Positions 1 through 14,030 of a stretch of 64,000 nucleotides of DNA are shown piece after piece; position 1 is the stretch's first letter, and every line of letters begins with the position of its first letter. Source of the DNA: Octopus sinensis. Its lineage: Eukaryota. The notes beneath the pieces are model-generated. The model was given only the letters and a program-made list of their open reading frames with translations. It had not been told where the DNA came from and ran no database searches. A program made the position numbers and the translations under genes. Location: positions 35,526,001-35,590,000 of the forward strand of contig NC_042997.1 in assembly GCF_006345805.1 (NCBI RefSeq), in the 5' to 3' direction.

Positions 1-119
1 TTCATACAACGGCATTAGATGATTGAAGATTAATATGTCAGTATATATGTCTCTACTAGCCCACACGAATTCATTCTCTTTCATAATATCAATGATTTCC
101 CGAGAGATTTTTTCTTGAA

Positions 120-533
120 CTCTTTACCATGCTTCAGTCATTTGGCTGTGGCCTTGCTGGAGCAGTGCCTTAATGTGTTTTAATCGAAGAATTCAACCCC
201 AGGACCCAATCTTTGTAAGCCTAGTACATATTCTATCGGTCTCTTTGCAGAACCACTAAGTTACGAGGACATAAACACACCAATATCGGTTGCCAAGCGA
301 TGGAAGGTGGGGGACAAACACAGTGATAAACACACACACATAAATAAACACACATACATAAATACACGCATACATAATTACACGCACATTCATACACACA
401 CATACACGACGAGCATTCAGTTTCCTACCAAATCTATAAATCCACTAACAAGAGTGCTCAGTCTGTAGGTGTTTTAGAAGACACATACCCTAGGTGCCAC
501 GCAGTGGGACTGAACCTGGAACCGTGTGGTAGG
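120..533 (-). mobile_element. tRNA-derived SINE, family A (internal CA/TA microsatellite), diverged copy
   Basis: Reverse complement matches the SINE copies at 17503, 27918 and 53177 (e.g. gccacgcagtgggactgaacctggaacc; cctagtacatattctatcggtctctttgcagaacc). Confidence 0.85.
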
Positions 534-594
534 TGCACCAGTCACCGATCCAAACCCAGAATCTGTAATACTTTCAATATTTTGTGATATTTTT

Positions 595-1650
595 CAAGTT
601 TTGGCACAGGGCCAGCAATTTCAGGGGAGAAGGTATGTCGATTCCATCGACCCCAGTGCTCAGCTGGTACTTATTTCATCGAGATCAAGAACATGAACGG
701 ATAATTCGACCACAACATAATTAGAACTCAAAGAGTAAAATTCAGATGAAATGTCCCTAAGCGTTTTCTCCGGCATGCTAACGTTTCTGCCCTCCCCTTT
801 CTTTAATAAGTATTATACCATTATTGCTATTGTAAGACGGCGAGATGCGAGAATCGTTAGCTCGCCGGGAAAAATGCTTAGCGCTATTTACCTCGTCCTT
901 ACGTTCAGATTCCGATGCGCTCGATGTTGCATTTCATCTTTTGAAGTCCGAAAAATGACCACTGCGATTAATATTGCTGGATTTGTGCAGAATCGTTAAC
1001 ACATCGGGCGAAATACTTGGAGGCATTTCTTCTGTCTTTAGCTTCTGAGTTCAAATTCCACCAAGGCAACTTTCGCATTTCATTCTGTCGGTGTCGATAA
1101 AATAGTACCACTTCAGCACCGAGGTCGATGTAATCGAGTTACCACCTCCCCGAAATTGATGACCTTGGGCCAAAATTTGACACCAATATTATTATTATTA
1201 TTATTGTTATTATTATCATCAGTATTATTTAAAGCAATTAGCTGGCACAATCGTTAGCAATCCGAGAAAACTTACGTCCGTTCTACGTTCTGAGTTCAAT
1301 TTCTGCCGGGGTTGACTTCGCTTTTCCTCATTTGCAGTCGCTAAATAAGTTTTAGCTCAGTCCTGGAGTCAATATAATCGACTATGCACCCCGCACGATT
1401 TTCAGGCTCTATGTCTATAGTAGTAAGTATTATTATCAGTGTTGTAAAGTGACGAGCTGTCATAAATTTTGGCGTACCAGGCAGACTGCTAAGCGGCATT
1501 ATGTCCGTCTTTACGCTCTGTTCAAACTCCAAGGATGTCGTCCTGTTGGAGTCCACAAACTGAGTACCAGTTGAGCATTGGGGTCCATGTAATTGTCTGA
1601 CATCCTCCCACGAACTTGCCGTCCTTGAGCCAACATTTTAAACCAATTTT
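595..1650. mobile_element. Cluster of about 5 diverged copies of SINE family B (one minus, four plus)
   Basis: Variants of gaatcgttag...ttctgagttcaaattcc...ctttcatcc..gtcgataaa..agtaccag..ggggtcgatgtaatcga at about 595-800(-), 835-960, 985-1185, 1235-1420 and 1450-1650. The same family recurs at 14228, 20925, 33260 and 39285. Confidence 0.8.
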
Positions 1651-2452
1651 ATTGTTAGGATCATCCCTGCGGATATTATTATGTATCATTTACAATTGTT
1701 AATTAAAAATAAGCATGATGAATGTAATTTTAGCTATTGATAATTCTTAAGCTTCATTAAATTTATGCATTGCATCTATTTTATCTGTGCTTTATTTGTT
1801 CACTTTCTCTAATTGATGGACTAATGCATTCCCACCACAAAAACACGCAAAACCACAAGCACATATACATATTATCAAACACATTTAAGATATGTACAAA
1901 TACATTCACTACTATTTCCCTGGGTTTTCTTTGTATTTGGAGTGTGTATATGAACGCAATACGTTAAAATATATAGGTGCGTTTGCTTGTATGTGTATGT
2001 GTTTGCAGTGTATGTATGTGTGTATTTTTCTGAGAGAAACACGTCATTCTGATTAAAGAGGAAAAAACGGTGCATTGAAAACTTGAATGTATATCTGAAG
2101 TTTTATTGATTTCTGTGAGCTTGATAAATTAGTATTTTCAAGTTAGTTGGAGACTGGGAATGTCACATTCAGTGTTAGTAGATCTGAATATCTATCAGTA
2201 ATAATTCATCTTTGACAGATGGTATGCAAGTTCCAATATTTATTTATTAATGGGTAAGATGTGATTAGTTTTGTTTTAAATTCTTACGAACACTCATTTT
2301 CAACTTTTGTACGCCAAGACAAACACAAATATATACATATATACAGAGACACACACATGCATACACACACTCACACACACGATAACAAGTAAATATTTAG
2401 TTATTATATTTATATATATATACATGCTCAAGAAATATATATATATAGTATA

Positions 2453-2503
<51 letters not shown>

Positions 2504-2606
2504 GTATGTATAATATATATATGTATGTATAATATATATATATATATGTATAATATATATATATATGTATGTATAACGAATATATATATATATATATATA
2601 TATATG

Positions 2607-3298
2607 TCATAATGAAGGGTGAAATTAATTAATTTGGAATAATTATCAATTACACCAAGTAGTCTTCGGCATGTAAAAGCCTCATTCGAGGAAAATTTAA
2701 GTAATACTAAGCAATAAGGGTTTAGCAACGAATTGCCTTACCACAATACCGAATTTAGAAATGCAGTCAAAGAGTTATAGCTATTTCTTCTACTAAAAAG
2801 GGAGATCTCAGTAAAAACAGCCAAACGTGTAGATGACCACAGCATCTTGTTTGGCTACACGCGGGTGGGAAGGGGCTGGTGACACAATCTTTTCACTCAC
2901 ACTTGAATTTGTGATACTAGTTGCGGATTCTGGCTCGCTCTGATACTGAGTTGAGTTGGTGCCGCTTCTAGTATCTCAAAATTCAATATATAATCATTTA
3001 TGATTATAGTATTCTACGCTGAAGAGAAAAGAAGTTTGGTAAGGTAGAATTATTTAATATTTAATTCTTATGCTTTCTAAAAACTTGATTTCGAAACGTG
3101 CGTCCGTAGATAACTTAAAATTGTATGATAGATTGCCGTCAATTCATTCTCTCTTACCTGTTTGTGTCTGCCTTCCAATTGCTGTTTTTTACTGAGATCT
3201 CCCTTTTTAGTAGAAGAAATAGCTATAACTCTTTGACTGCTATTTCTAAATTCGGTATGTGGTAAGGCAATTCGTTGCTAACCCTTATTGCTTAGTAT
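2607..3298. mobile_element. Penelope-like pseudo-LTR / non-autonomous element with a ~118-bp inverted repeat and a hammerhead motif
   Basis: 2704-2821 is the near-perfect reverse complement of 3181-3298. Flanked on both sides by (TA)n and contains the hammerhead motif at 3013-3110. Inverted partial duplications with hammerheads are typical of Penelope-like elements. Confidence 0.65.
3013..3110 (+). ncRNA. Type I hammerhead ribozyme (canonical core)
   Basis: Stem I tctacg(3013-18)/cgtaga(3105-10) pairs perfectly; core CTGAAGA 3019-25; long stem II gaaa...tttc; GAAA 3093-96; short stem III cgtgcg; GUC cleavage triplet ending at 3104. Confidence 0.8.
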
Positions 3299-3824
3299 AT
3301 ATATATGTATAATAATATATATATACTATGTTATTAATATATATATATATATAATATATATACACGCGTTTTTATATATGTATATATCGTACATTTATGA
3401 CCTGGACGGTACAGGCCTTTTTCAATGGACGAGTGGCAATATGTGCAGGTCTAACCAATTGAAAGCACGCAATAAGTCAGGTCAACTGTACTACACACCA
3501 CGCAAGTCTGCGACGGCGTTGAATGTTCTTTTAATAGCACAGACGGAAAGCCAAAAGAACCATTCACCATAAGGAAGCACAAAGAGACCGCAGTCATCTG
3601 GCATAATGTAGCAATCACAGTATATAAACGCATGTATGTATGCGTGTATGTGTGTGTGTGTTTTGGTGTGCATGTGTGTGTGTGTGTATGTGTGTTTCTG
3701 TCGTCTGTCTGTTCCTTAATGTTACCTGGCAATCGGTAAAATAGGTACTGATTGATTTTTATTCCATTCAAACATTGAATGACTAAACCTACAATAACAA
3801 AAACAAGCAATGCAAAGACAAATT

Positions 3825-3861
<37 letters not shown>

Positions 3862-3870
3862 ATGTATATG

Positions 3871-3909
<39 letters not shown>

Positions 3910-4091
3910 TGTATATATGTATATAACGTCAAGTATACTAGTCATATCAATATGGCTAACCACTAGGGGTGGGTGTTATTGTAGCTTTTTAGCCCCAGGA
4001 GATCATCGTCTCAAGCTAGCTTTAGACGCAATTTCTGTGCCCTTATGATATTTGCAAAGGGTGGTCACCCCTCTCGTAGACATAAGTGATA

Positions 4092-4136
4092 CGCATGGAC
4101 TGCAGTTTCGAGATTATTGTCTCTTGTCAACACACG
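4092..4136 (-). ncRNA. Minimal type I hammerhead ribozyme, U3-A8 variant (minus-strand copy)
   Basis: Exact reverse complement of 4447-4491. Confidence 0.7.
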
Positions 4137-4446
4137 GTAATCACGGGTTTTCGATAAGAGAGACATGTTTGCGCATATCTATTTAATGTTTTTCCCAGTA
4201 ACTACTGTCACTGATTTCGAAAAACGGTCTGAAAGCAATAAAAAATCTCTGAGCGAGATGTAAACAGTAAGCGCTCGACAACGTAAAGTATACTAGCCAT
4301 CTCAACATGGCTAACCACTAGGGGTGGGTGTTACTTTAGCTTTTTAGCCCCGGGAGATCATCGTCTCCAGCTGGCTTTAGACACAATATCTGTGCCCTTA
4401 TGATATTTGCAAAGGGAGGTCTCTCTTATCGAAAACCCGTGATTAC

Positions 4447-4491
4447 CGTGTGTTGACAAGAGACAATAATCTCGAAACTGCAGTCCATGCG
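4447..4491 (+). ncRNA. Minimal type I hammerhead ribozyme, U3-A8 variant
   Basis: cgtgtg TTGACAA gaga-caataa-tctc GAAA ctgcag TC catgcg. Stem I has 6 bp (2 GU), stem II 4 bp, stem III is the palindrome ACTGCAGT, cleavage triplet GUC. The core C3-G8 pair is replaced by U3-A8. Confidence 0.7.
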
Positions 4492-4939
4492 TATCTCTTA
4501 GGTTTAAGAGAGGGTGACCTCCCTTTGCAAATATCATAAGGGCAAATAAATTGTGTCTATATATCACTGTAACACGTAAAGCAACCGTGTATTTCCAAAT
4601 TCGTTTGGCGATGGACTTCGATTTCGGATTTCGACTTCAAATCAACTGGAGTTTAATACCAATGACAGCAATTTTCGTTGGCAAAGTTTATTTGTATTTG
4701 CAGAGAACTGAAGAAATATTTTGCCCGAATATCTAACGCCTACCTACCTACCTACCTACCTACCTACCTACCTACCTACCTACCTACCTACCTACATACC
4801 TACCTAAATACCTACATACATACATACATACATACATACACACATAGACATATATGTGTGTCTATATGGGCTGGTGTATTTGTGTGTGAATATATATATA
4901 TATATTACACCGTTCATACGTATACATGTCATGTATATG

Positions 4940-4989
<50 letters not shown>

Positions 4990-5468
4990 ATACATATATA
5001 TATATATGTGGTGTGTGTATGTGTGTGTGTCACTTATATGTGCTTATCTAATTATGTATGTATACATCTGAATATCTATATTCGCAGTGATTTCACACAA
5101 AATAAATCTCATTTCTAAATATTGATTTCATTTGCATCGACACAAGTTCAAATTTTTGAAGTGTTAAGTGACTGTTTTATGTTCAATTCATTGATATATA
5201 ATCAGAGTACATATTCTATCAACCCTAACCTGATAAATTAAACGGTTGACCACGTTGGAGTAAATGCAGTTTAAAGAGAAATAAAGACATTTGCATACGA
5301 TTATCCTTTTGTTAAACCATCTGTGGTAGCAATTAGTCTGTTGCAAATATCTGAAACGTGCCTCTCAGAGTAATAGCATTATGTTCCCCTCTTGGACACA
5401 AGTTACAAACTACAGAGACTGATATCCGCGTTTTACCGTAGAGAGAATTCCCATTTCAGATGAATTTC

Positions 5469-5469
<1 letters not shown>

Positions 5470-5499
<30 letters not shown>

Positions 5500-5819
5500 G
5501 TTACATACACACACACATATATCTGCATATGTATCTGTATGTTTGTATACGAACACACACACACATGTATAGGTATATATATATATATATAATATATATA
5601 TATTGTATTATATATATATATGTATATATATTATATATAATATGTATATATATATATATGTATATATATATGTATATATATATATGTATATTATATATAT
5701 GTGTATATATATATGTATATATATATATATGTATATATATGTGTATATATATGTATGTATAGATATATATAATGTATATATATATATATATATGTTATTA
5801 TTATGGTATATATATATAG

Positions 5820-5854
<35 letters not shown>

Positions 5855-6732
5855 GTATATATATGTATATATAATATGTATATATATATATAGTGATATA
5901 TATATATGTATATATATAGGTATTATATATATATATGTATGTATATATATGTATATATATATATATATATGTATGTATATAATGTATATAATATATGTAT
6001 GTATATATGGAAATTATATATATGTATGTATATATGTATATATTATATATATGTATGTATGGTATAATGTATTATATCTATGTATGTATATATGTATATA
6101 TGTATATATGTATGTATATATGTATATATATATATATATGTGTATGTATATATGTATATAAATATATATATGTATGTATATATGTATATATATATATTAT
6201 ATGTATGTATATATGTATATATATATATATGTATGTATATATGTATATATACATATATATATAAATATATATGTATATATATGTGTGTATGTGAAATTGC
6301 GATGACATCTACATTATGTTAACATAGGATTCCAATAAGACAATGTAAACTTCTTATCATTAAAGTACTCTTGGGCTCAGGAGTGACTAGCTGAGTAACC
6401 CTCATTAAAAATGATTACATCTGACTATCTGCTGGCTAGCAATTTCATGTAGCCTGGATTTTACCTGTTTCACTAATTCAATTTTATCTGTATACACAGC
6501 AGCGTTAGCTTCTTACCGTGAGCTATAAAGACATTTTCATCTTCTCGAATTAGGTCGTAAATTTGCTACGAAAAATGTGTGCAGCCTTTATTGTTTCACA
6601 CGGTATACGGTCCGCTTTTTCTTTTCTATAATAGTTACGGACTGTTTGAAGTTTAGAAATTTCCAGCACGCGATTCCTTGGATGTTACACTTTAAATATA
6701 TATATATAAATATAAATATATATGTATATATA

Positions 6733-6782
<50 letters not shown>

Positions 6783-6947
6783 GTATATATGTATGTATGT
6801 ATATATGTATATATGTACGGATGGATGCATTGATTTATATACAAAATATACACACACATATATATATACAGACGTATATCTATATATACGCATCCATCCG
6901 TACATATATACATATATACATACATACATATATACATACATACATAT

Positions 6948-7010
<63 letters not shown>
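5470..7010. repeat. Large compound (TA)n/(TATG)n microsatellite blocks (5470-6290, 6700-7010)
   Basis: Directly visible. Similar tracts at 2400-2606, 3820-3924, 4740-5010 (TACC/TA), 7920-8110, 32580-32820, 45880-46090, 46950-47195, 52410-52580, 55250-55395 (TA/GATA), 58770-58880 and 63160-63700. Confidence 0.95.
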
Positions 7011-7011
<1 letters not shown>

Positions 7012-7399
7012 GGAATGATACACAGAAAAAAAACAAGGAGAGAAAGAAATGCGTGTTGGATCTAACGAAAGAAAGAGAGAGATAGAGATAGAGAGAGGGC
7101 AGAAAATATCCCAGTATCTTAACAATTTCTCAAGCTAATCACATGAAGAAAGTACGTGCAGATTCGCAGATTCGAAGGAAGTCGTGTATTACGCGTAGAT
7201 TCTCTGCGATTCACGCGAATAAAACAATGAATCAAGGAACGTTACCCTTGGGTTGTATCTTTTGGATATTTGTTTCCCTTGGATTTATCTTTTGGACAAA
7301 CTTTTTGTGATGAATTTGTTTGTATTATGTTTTTTTTGGGCATGGTGTACTTGGGTGCTGAGGTAGTTTGTCAATAGGATTTATTTCTTCTGTGTGTGG

Positions 7400-7830
7400 A
7401 GTTTTTGTGCTATGTGAGTTCAGATTCCATGTTTAGGAAAGGGGCTCCTCTGTTTGGATTACCATAGCAGATAGTAGCTCTTCTTTGAAATATTTGAGTG
7501 TAATATATTGCAAGATGATATCGGTTGATTGTATTGGGTGTAATATTCCAGTAACACAAGGTTCATATTTGGCATCTCGTCCTCTGTATATTTTGCCTTA
7601 AAAATTAACTTTCTATTCTATCAGGTGTTGCTTATACCACCTTCATTCAATGTCCATATAATATTTGATAGGGCTATTACATGATTTTTATTCTTGTCTC
7701 TGAATGACACCAGATGCTGTGTATACCTTTCTTTCAACGAGTTGCTCGTCATTCATATATACATCTTTGCTAATCCATGGGACGCACCCTAAGGAAGTAA
7801 CACCAGGATAGCCCCTTCCAGAATGAAGCC
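7400..7830 (-). mobile_element. Penelope-like element GIY-YIG endonuclease fragment
   Basis: Minus translation KMYI*MTSNSLKERYTQHLVSFRDKNKNHVIALSNIIWTL resembles the Penelope C-terminal YIGxT..FK.RY..H..SF...LS..IW motif. Confidence 0.65.
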
Positions 7831-7922
7831 GAACTCATTTCTCCATGTGATTGACTTTAAAAAATTGTAGAAAACACAAGAATATTTTCTTACTTAACAT
7901 GAACCCAATGATAGTCTCCATT

Positions 7923-8005
<83 letters not shown>

Positions 8006-8559
8006 CGCATATACATATTATATATACATATATATATATTTGGGTGTGTACACATATATACGAATATATATACACATGTGTGTGTATGTGTATGTGTGTG
8101 TGTGTTATGCGTACTAATTAAAGTGAGAGAGAGAAATAATAGAAGTGGTAACCACAGACCACTTTTCCATTTATAACTTCAGGATTTCTGTAGAACAACC
8201 TATAAATGAAAAAGAGAACTATATTTTCTGAGGGTGCAATTATTTCACTTTCAACGAAATCTCTTCTTCATGTTCCTAAAATTACAGAAGGTTTTCTCAC
8301 TAATGACCATCTTCTAACATCTTCAATTCTCTGTTCGTTAACAGAGTTTTCTTTTCTACTGGTCCCACTCCGTCTCATACGCAAAAGTCAAAGCAACACG
8401 GCTACTATTCTCTACCTCTCAAAAGACGTTGAAATGCTTAGATCATACAAGTAGTCATAAATTTTAATTGTTGATTTCATAAAATCATTTGTTGAAATTC
8501 AATACCACAATTGACATTTTGAAAGACATCATTACTCTATAGAAAAGTTCATGAAACAC

Positions 8560-11500
8560 CTAGCATATCTTATATGGTCTAAATATAGAATTTCCACGAG
8601 GACCAGAAACCCTAGAAGCCATTTAGCCTGTTTTCCTTTTAGGATTTCGATTCACAAAACCCCCAAGTAGCCAATCAATGAAGGCATCAGAACAAGCTGT
8701 ATCCCTCTGAGCGCGATACTTCTGATGCTTTTACTTTTACGTCTTTTCTAAATTGAGCGCGCAAGACATTTTGACTCAGTGTGTGTATGCTGTTGATCTT
8801 ACTCTGGGGGAGGATATAAACCATATGTTAGGTCCTAATTCTCGATTTTAACTGCAGTGGCAAATTTTGCATTCCCAGAATTTGGTCTTCACCACGTAAT
8901 CTAAAGTGAGACATAACTTTCACTTATTTTACGTATTCAGGAATCTGTTTAAAGTTGATAATTTAACCCCGATTATAGCTTCCCCCATATTTCAAGCGCA
9001 GTACTTCATTTATACATTATATGTGGGCCTGTACCACTTTCTCTTGACAATTTGTAATAAGACACGCATTTACATTGAAGAGTGGTTTACTTACAGGAGA
9101 AAGTCATCTGCAGTATTAGATCATTTGACTACCACACTTGTATCATAGACAAATATGCACCGTATTTAGTGTTTTTTAATCTATACCAGAGGATGCTCAA
9201 GGCGTACGTCTAAAAATAGCAATATTATTTACGATTGATTAGTAATTACGTGGAGGTATCTGGTGAAATATATAAGATTGCAAGAAATTGAAAAATAATC
9301 ACTTAAACCCATAGCGATTACTTAGAGACAAATAATTTTGAAAGCAATTTAAAAGCGCCCGTTTAGAACAGTGAAATACTTTTGCCACGAATTTTCCACA
9401 CGTGTCTCATAGGATAATATTTGTGGTTGAAACCGTTGCAACCTTGCTTTCCAAATATTTTCGTATGCATGATCAACCAACAGAGACCAAATAATTTTTC
9501 TTGGTAAGATACACCCCTCAAACACCTGAATGAAATTCGACCTTGACGTTAAAATTTATTATATCTTTCCAAACAACATTTTATATTTTTATCTTTGAAA
9601 ATGCACAACAAATTATCATTAAACTTTATTAAACTATGTTCCATTTGAGAAATATGATGTAGAATATGATTATCATTTTACTGATCATGCTTTTAATTAA
9701 ATTGTCCAAAATAAAGCATAGCATGATTGATAACCAAATTAATATGGATAAAATACTTTACAATATTAGTAGACGTAATAATTGCGAAGGCAATATCAAC
9801 ATCATAATAAATATCAACTATACAGGCTCTGCTGAATAACATTTTCGTAGTCGGGCCATTTTATTGGATGGATAGAAAAAATTGCCTACAGTTATCCACC
9901 GCTCCAACGGAAAATTTCTTACGCTGCTTCATTAAAATATTTTACAATATTAGATATCCCTTCTTTATAGCGACTATTTTTTGCAGTATGAATCATGAGT
10001 TTTAATACATGGAATCGAGAGATTTAGGAATTTACGTGAAACGTCATAAACTAGCAGATTATATATGTCTGTAGTACGTACCCCGAAATGCTTTAAAGAA
10101 ATCCATAAATACAATTCAAGTTTGGTCGGATAGTATTGGCTTCTCTCTGGTTCTCTTAAGTGCAAGAATTTATGTGCACTTCTCAGCAACGTCTGTCATT
10201 CTTTCAGAATGTTGAAGCTAAGATCATTCTGTTTTTCAATTCAACGTAAACTAAGTATGTGGCAATCACTGTCGATGATCCTCCTGCTTTTTTCCAATGA
10301 AAATAAACTCAGAGATCAATGATTTTTCGTACATTGGGTTCTGTATTACCGCTGGTAAGAAAGACTTACTGCCAAACTATCTGATCTTGTAACAAATATC
10401 TCAACGTCTGGCAAACAAGTATTTAAAAGTCACCAAAACAGGCGATATTCATTTCAGGCCCACTCTTGGCCTGCTGGATTAGGAGCGAAAGGAATTACTC
10501 ATGAACTTTTCCTGCATACGCTCTGGTGAGCTTCATATCATTAATTTTCACTCTGGAAGTTTATCCGTAAGAGATGAAGAACCGCATCTTCATTTGAATC
10601 AATTATAAACAGAACAAAAATGTAATTCCTCAAGCTAGAAGGAGGCAAAAGAGGGAATTTAAGCAGAAGATTCTATGACACATCAAACAGGTAGCTGTTT
10701 TCTAATATAACAAAGGAAAAAGCGAGCAGTTGTGAAACAATACAAGAAAGTAGACATATGTCTTCTTGTAAAATAAAGGAGTATAAAACATCTGTACAGG
10801 AAGAAGTTCTGTGAGAATAAGATTTAGAGACGGTATTTTCTGCCATTTATATAATTGCAAATGTTTGCAAATAGGTGTACATTAATCATCTTTCTAGCAC
10901 ATCGTTATCATATCATTCTCTGTGATACCCATATCGCCTGTAGGGACCACTAGATATCCTTGTTAAAAGAAAGCAGTGAGTTAGTCAGATCTGTTCCAGA
11001 TAAGATTAAAATATATCGCAATTCCAGCAGCACTTGAAGAATATGCATGCTGCACGGTTTAGTTACTATAGTCTGTATCAAGCAGTTCCTGTTACGAGTG
11101 AAATGAGATCGTCTATGAATCAAGAATAACTCGAAGCAATGAAAATAGGTAATGCTTTTCAGGAAATTCTGCATGACAAATCTGAAGACTACACTCGAAA
11201 TTCACTCACTGATAGATGAAAATAATACCAAGCTAGCGTTCCTTGTACCGTCAAATACTATATAATATACTATCGTTCTCAGTTCTTAGAGTAGAGTGAG
11301 TATTTAGCAAAGCCAAATGATTAACATCTTAGATGTTACATCCATGATGTAGCTTCTAAAAGCAACCAGTTGTTTGTAAGAAAGACGAGTCTCTCGCAAA
11401 TGATAGCGACATCTGCTTACGTCTGACCATGAACCGCTGGAAATGTTATGATTGCGCTGGGGCTATGAGCGAAATCAGTATTAGAGACTCATCAAATGGA

Positions 11501-11600
11501 TATGGACAGTAAATAGATACCGCGATGGCTGCAGAATCGCATAACAAAGTGAAAATCTTACGCGTTAGTATACCACCAGCACGTTCTCCTGCTTTCTCCT
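8560..11600 (+). mobile_element. Old, highly decayed I-group LINE ORF2 (APE endonuclease, RT, possible RNase H)
   Basis: Colinear remnants: LG(D)FDSQNP ~8640, YAVDLTL ~8790, AILLDG ~9855, NFLRCFIKIF ~9915, KSINTIQVWSDSIGFS ~10100, TKYVAITVD ~10250, DENNTKLA ~11215. Many stops and frameshifts. Confidence 0.6.
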
Positions 11601-12443
11601 AGATGAAAACTCATAGCTATGCTAAATTTTATGGGACATCATATTTTAAAGGTTTTAAATTATGACACTGCTGTACACACAATAAAGTACTTTGAAGAAC
11701 TCCGGTTATTAGGAACATTACAAGAATTACATAATTCCGATTCTCAACAAATAGGTATCGGGCTTCAAATACCATGCTTCTCCCCTTCTTTTCCTATATT
11801 TTTGCTATTCCATATAAATATATTGTATAAATATATAACTGTCGATATGCATATCCACGAGCTTCCATCTAATGAATATTTTTTCAGTTTTAGTCTCTCT
11901 CTATGTATCGCAATATATTTGCATATCTACATGTATGTATGTATGTATGTATGTATGTATGTATGTATGTATGTATGTATGTCTCTATGTGTGTGTGTGT
12001 GTGTATGTGTGTATATCAAACTCAAGTGCGTTTATCTGCAACACGCTCTCTATTAAATTTCTGTGTCCCTGTTTCACCTTCTTCCATCTCTACTTCCTCT
12101 TCCTCTTCCACTTCATTTCCTTCTCTAACTGTTGCCTCTGTGTTACGTCTATCCATTTGCCCAACACCTCTCGTTCTCTCTCCTCCAACTACCACGTGAC
12201 CCCGTGACTATACACATGTCTCCTCGATTTCATTTTCTCTCTCTACCTTTGATTCGATCGGCCTCAAGCTTTTTCTCTCACACCCACTTTTTTATATAAA
12301 GCTTGTTTTGTTCATCTTCCGTTCTGACTTTTCATCTGTATTTTTCTCTCTTCCAGTCCAACAGGACATTTTCCTATTTTCCTATGCGTTACTCAATAAC
12401 TTTCCAGCTTGCAGTCACCTGGCCTTTTTGCGTTTAATATATA

Positions 12444-12816
12444 TCTCTCTCTATATAAACGGCAGTTTGTCTGTGTGCGTGTCTGTGTGTCTGTCAGGTT
12501 GTACCCTCACCCTGACCACGGCTTTCAACCGATTCTGATGAAACTTGACACACACATAGCCCAATGTCATAATTCAAAACTAACGCAGCGAAAATTTTGA
12601 AAAGTTCCCCCAGTTCTGAAAAAGATCGATAAATTCGACATGGGGTCGACAATCAGAAACACAAACCACAGATGGTCTAGGGAACGCAACTCGACCTTTT
12701 TAACTCTCAAAAAAATTTACCATCATTTTTTCCCCATCTTTTGGGCTATAACTCTCTAAAAATGCTTTATAGTTATTTCCCTTACAAACCCGAGCAACGC
12801 CGGGCGATACTGCTAG
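12444..12816 (+). mobile_element. Non-autonomous Helitron
   Basis: 5' TC start after A; subterminal GC-rich hairpin cccgagcaacgccggg ~12789-12804; 3' CTAG followed by T; no target-site duplication. Confidence 0.75.
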
Positions 12817-13976
12817 TAATTATATATAGATATATTGATATATATATATATATATATCATCATCATCATCATCATCATTATTTTTTTTTTCCTCCGTATG
12901 TTCGCATTTTCTGGTATTTGATTTCGTCATTGTCCTGTATGTTCTCTACCTGATTCCAGTGGCTTCTTATCACAGCCATGGCTGCACCCATATGTATCCA
13001 TATACATATACATGCATAAATATATATATATGGTTCTATGCCCACATACTCATGCATAAATAACACAAATGAATGGCATACGTCATCAAGGCGCGGTTCC
13101 CAAATGAGTAAAATACAGATTAGTGTATCCTAATAGTAAATGAAAATATTAACTTGAATTCAGTTTTTACGCTTATGTGGATTAAGATACATGTAATATA
13201 CTAGTTCATCTGCAAACTGAAACACATTGTACTTACATATTATTTTATTTATTTATTTATATTATGGAATGTAATTTTAGTTCATTTCACTTACGGTCAA
13301 ATGAATATTTTTTAATGGATACTGTTTTCCTTAATAGAGACTGATTTACTTCTATATGTATAATTAATTAATTCAGTTATCTCTATCTATTAGTATTTAC
13401 TTAACATTATCACTGATTAAATTGCAATCCTATCTTGTCATAGAACATCCAGTTGGCATTACACTCAGAATATCTGATAAGCTTGTCATTATAACAAGGG
13501 AGAAGGTTACTGAATAGGAGTCAGTCAGCTGAAGTTTACAGCTATGACTGTTACCACTTTATAATAACGTATACTACATTTAACAGGAGTATACTCACGT
13601 TGAAAAGAACAGAAAAACACGCCTATAGTTCCTCACTTTCTATAGTATTTTAATCGCTCAAATGAATCGATGAATTATGTTTATTGCAATGAGAAAATTT
13701 TTGGTCTTGCCAGGCTATTTGAAACGCGTGTAAACTAAAATCGCAGATAATGTACTATCATTTTTTGTTTATGTTTTCTTTATATACACCGAGTTAAGAG
13801 GTTTTATTAATACATAAACCTCAGGCTTAGAAATCGAATATGTCACAAGAAATGAATGAAAATGTATACAGATTAGTGTGAAAATAGCTGAATAATTTCG
13901 GTTTCGTCAGCCGGATCCGAGTTTTACTGAGTTGGGAAACAAATATAGGCCTGGATGCATATAATTCACCAACAAA

Positions 13977-14030
<54 letters not shown>

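Larger units (their letters stand above)
3925..4559. mobile_element. 355-nt-period tandem repeat followed by an inverted copy (retrozyme-like or Penelope pseudo-LTR)
   Basis: Direct repeat 3925-4066 / 4280-4421 (offset 355). 4419-4559 is the reverse complement of 4023-4164. Starts in a (TA)n tract and carries two hammerhead copies. Confidence 0.75.
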
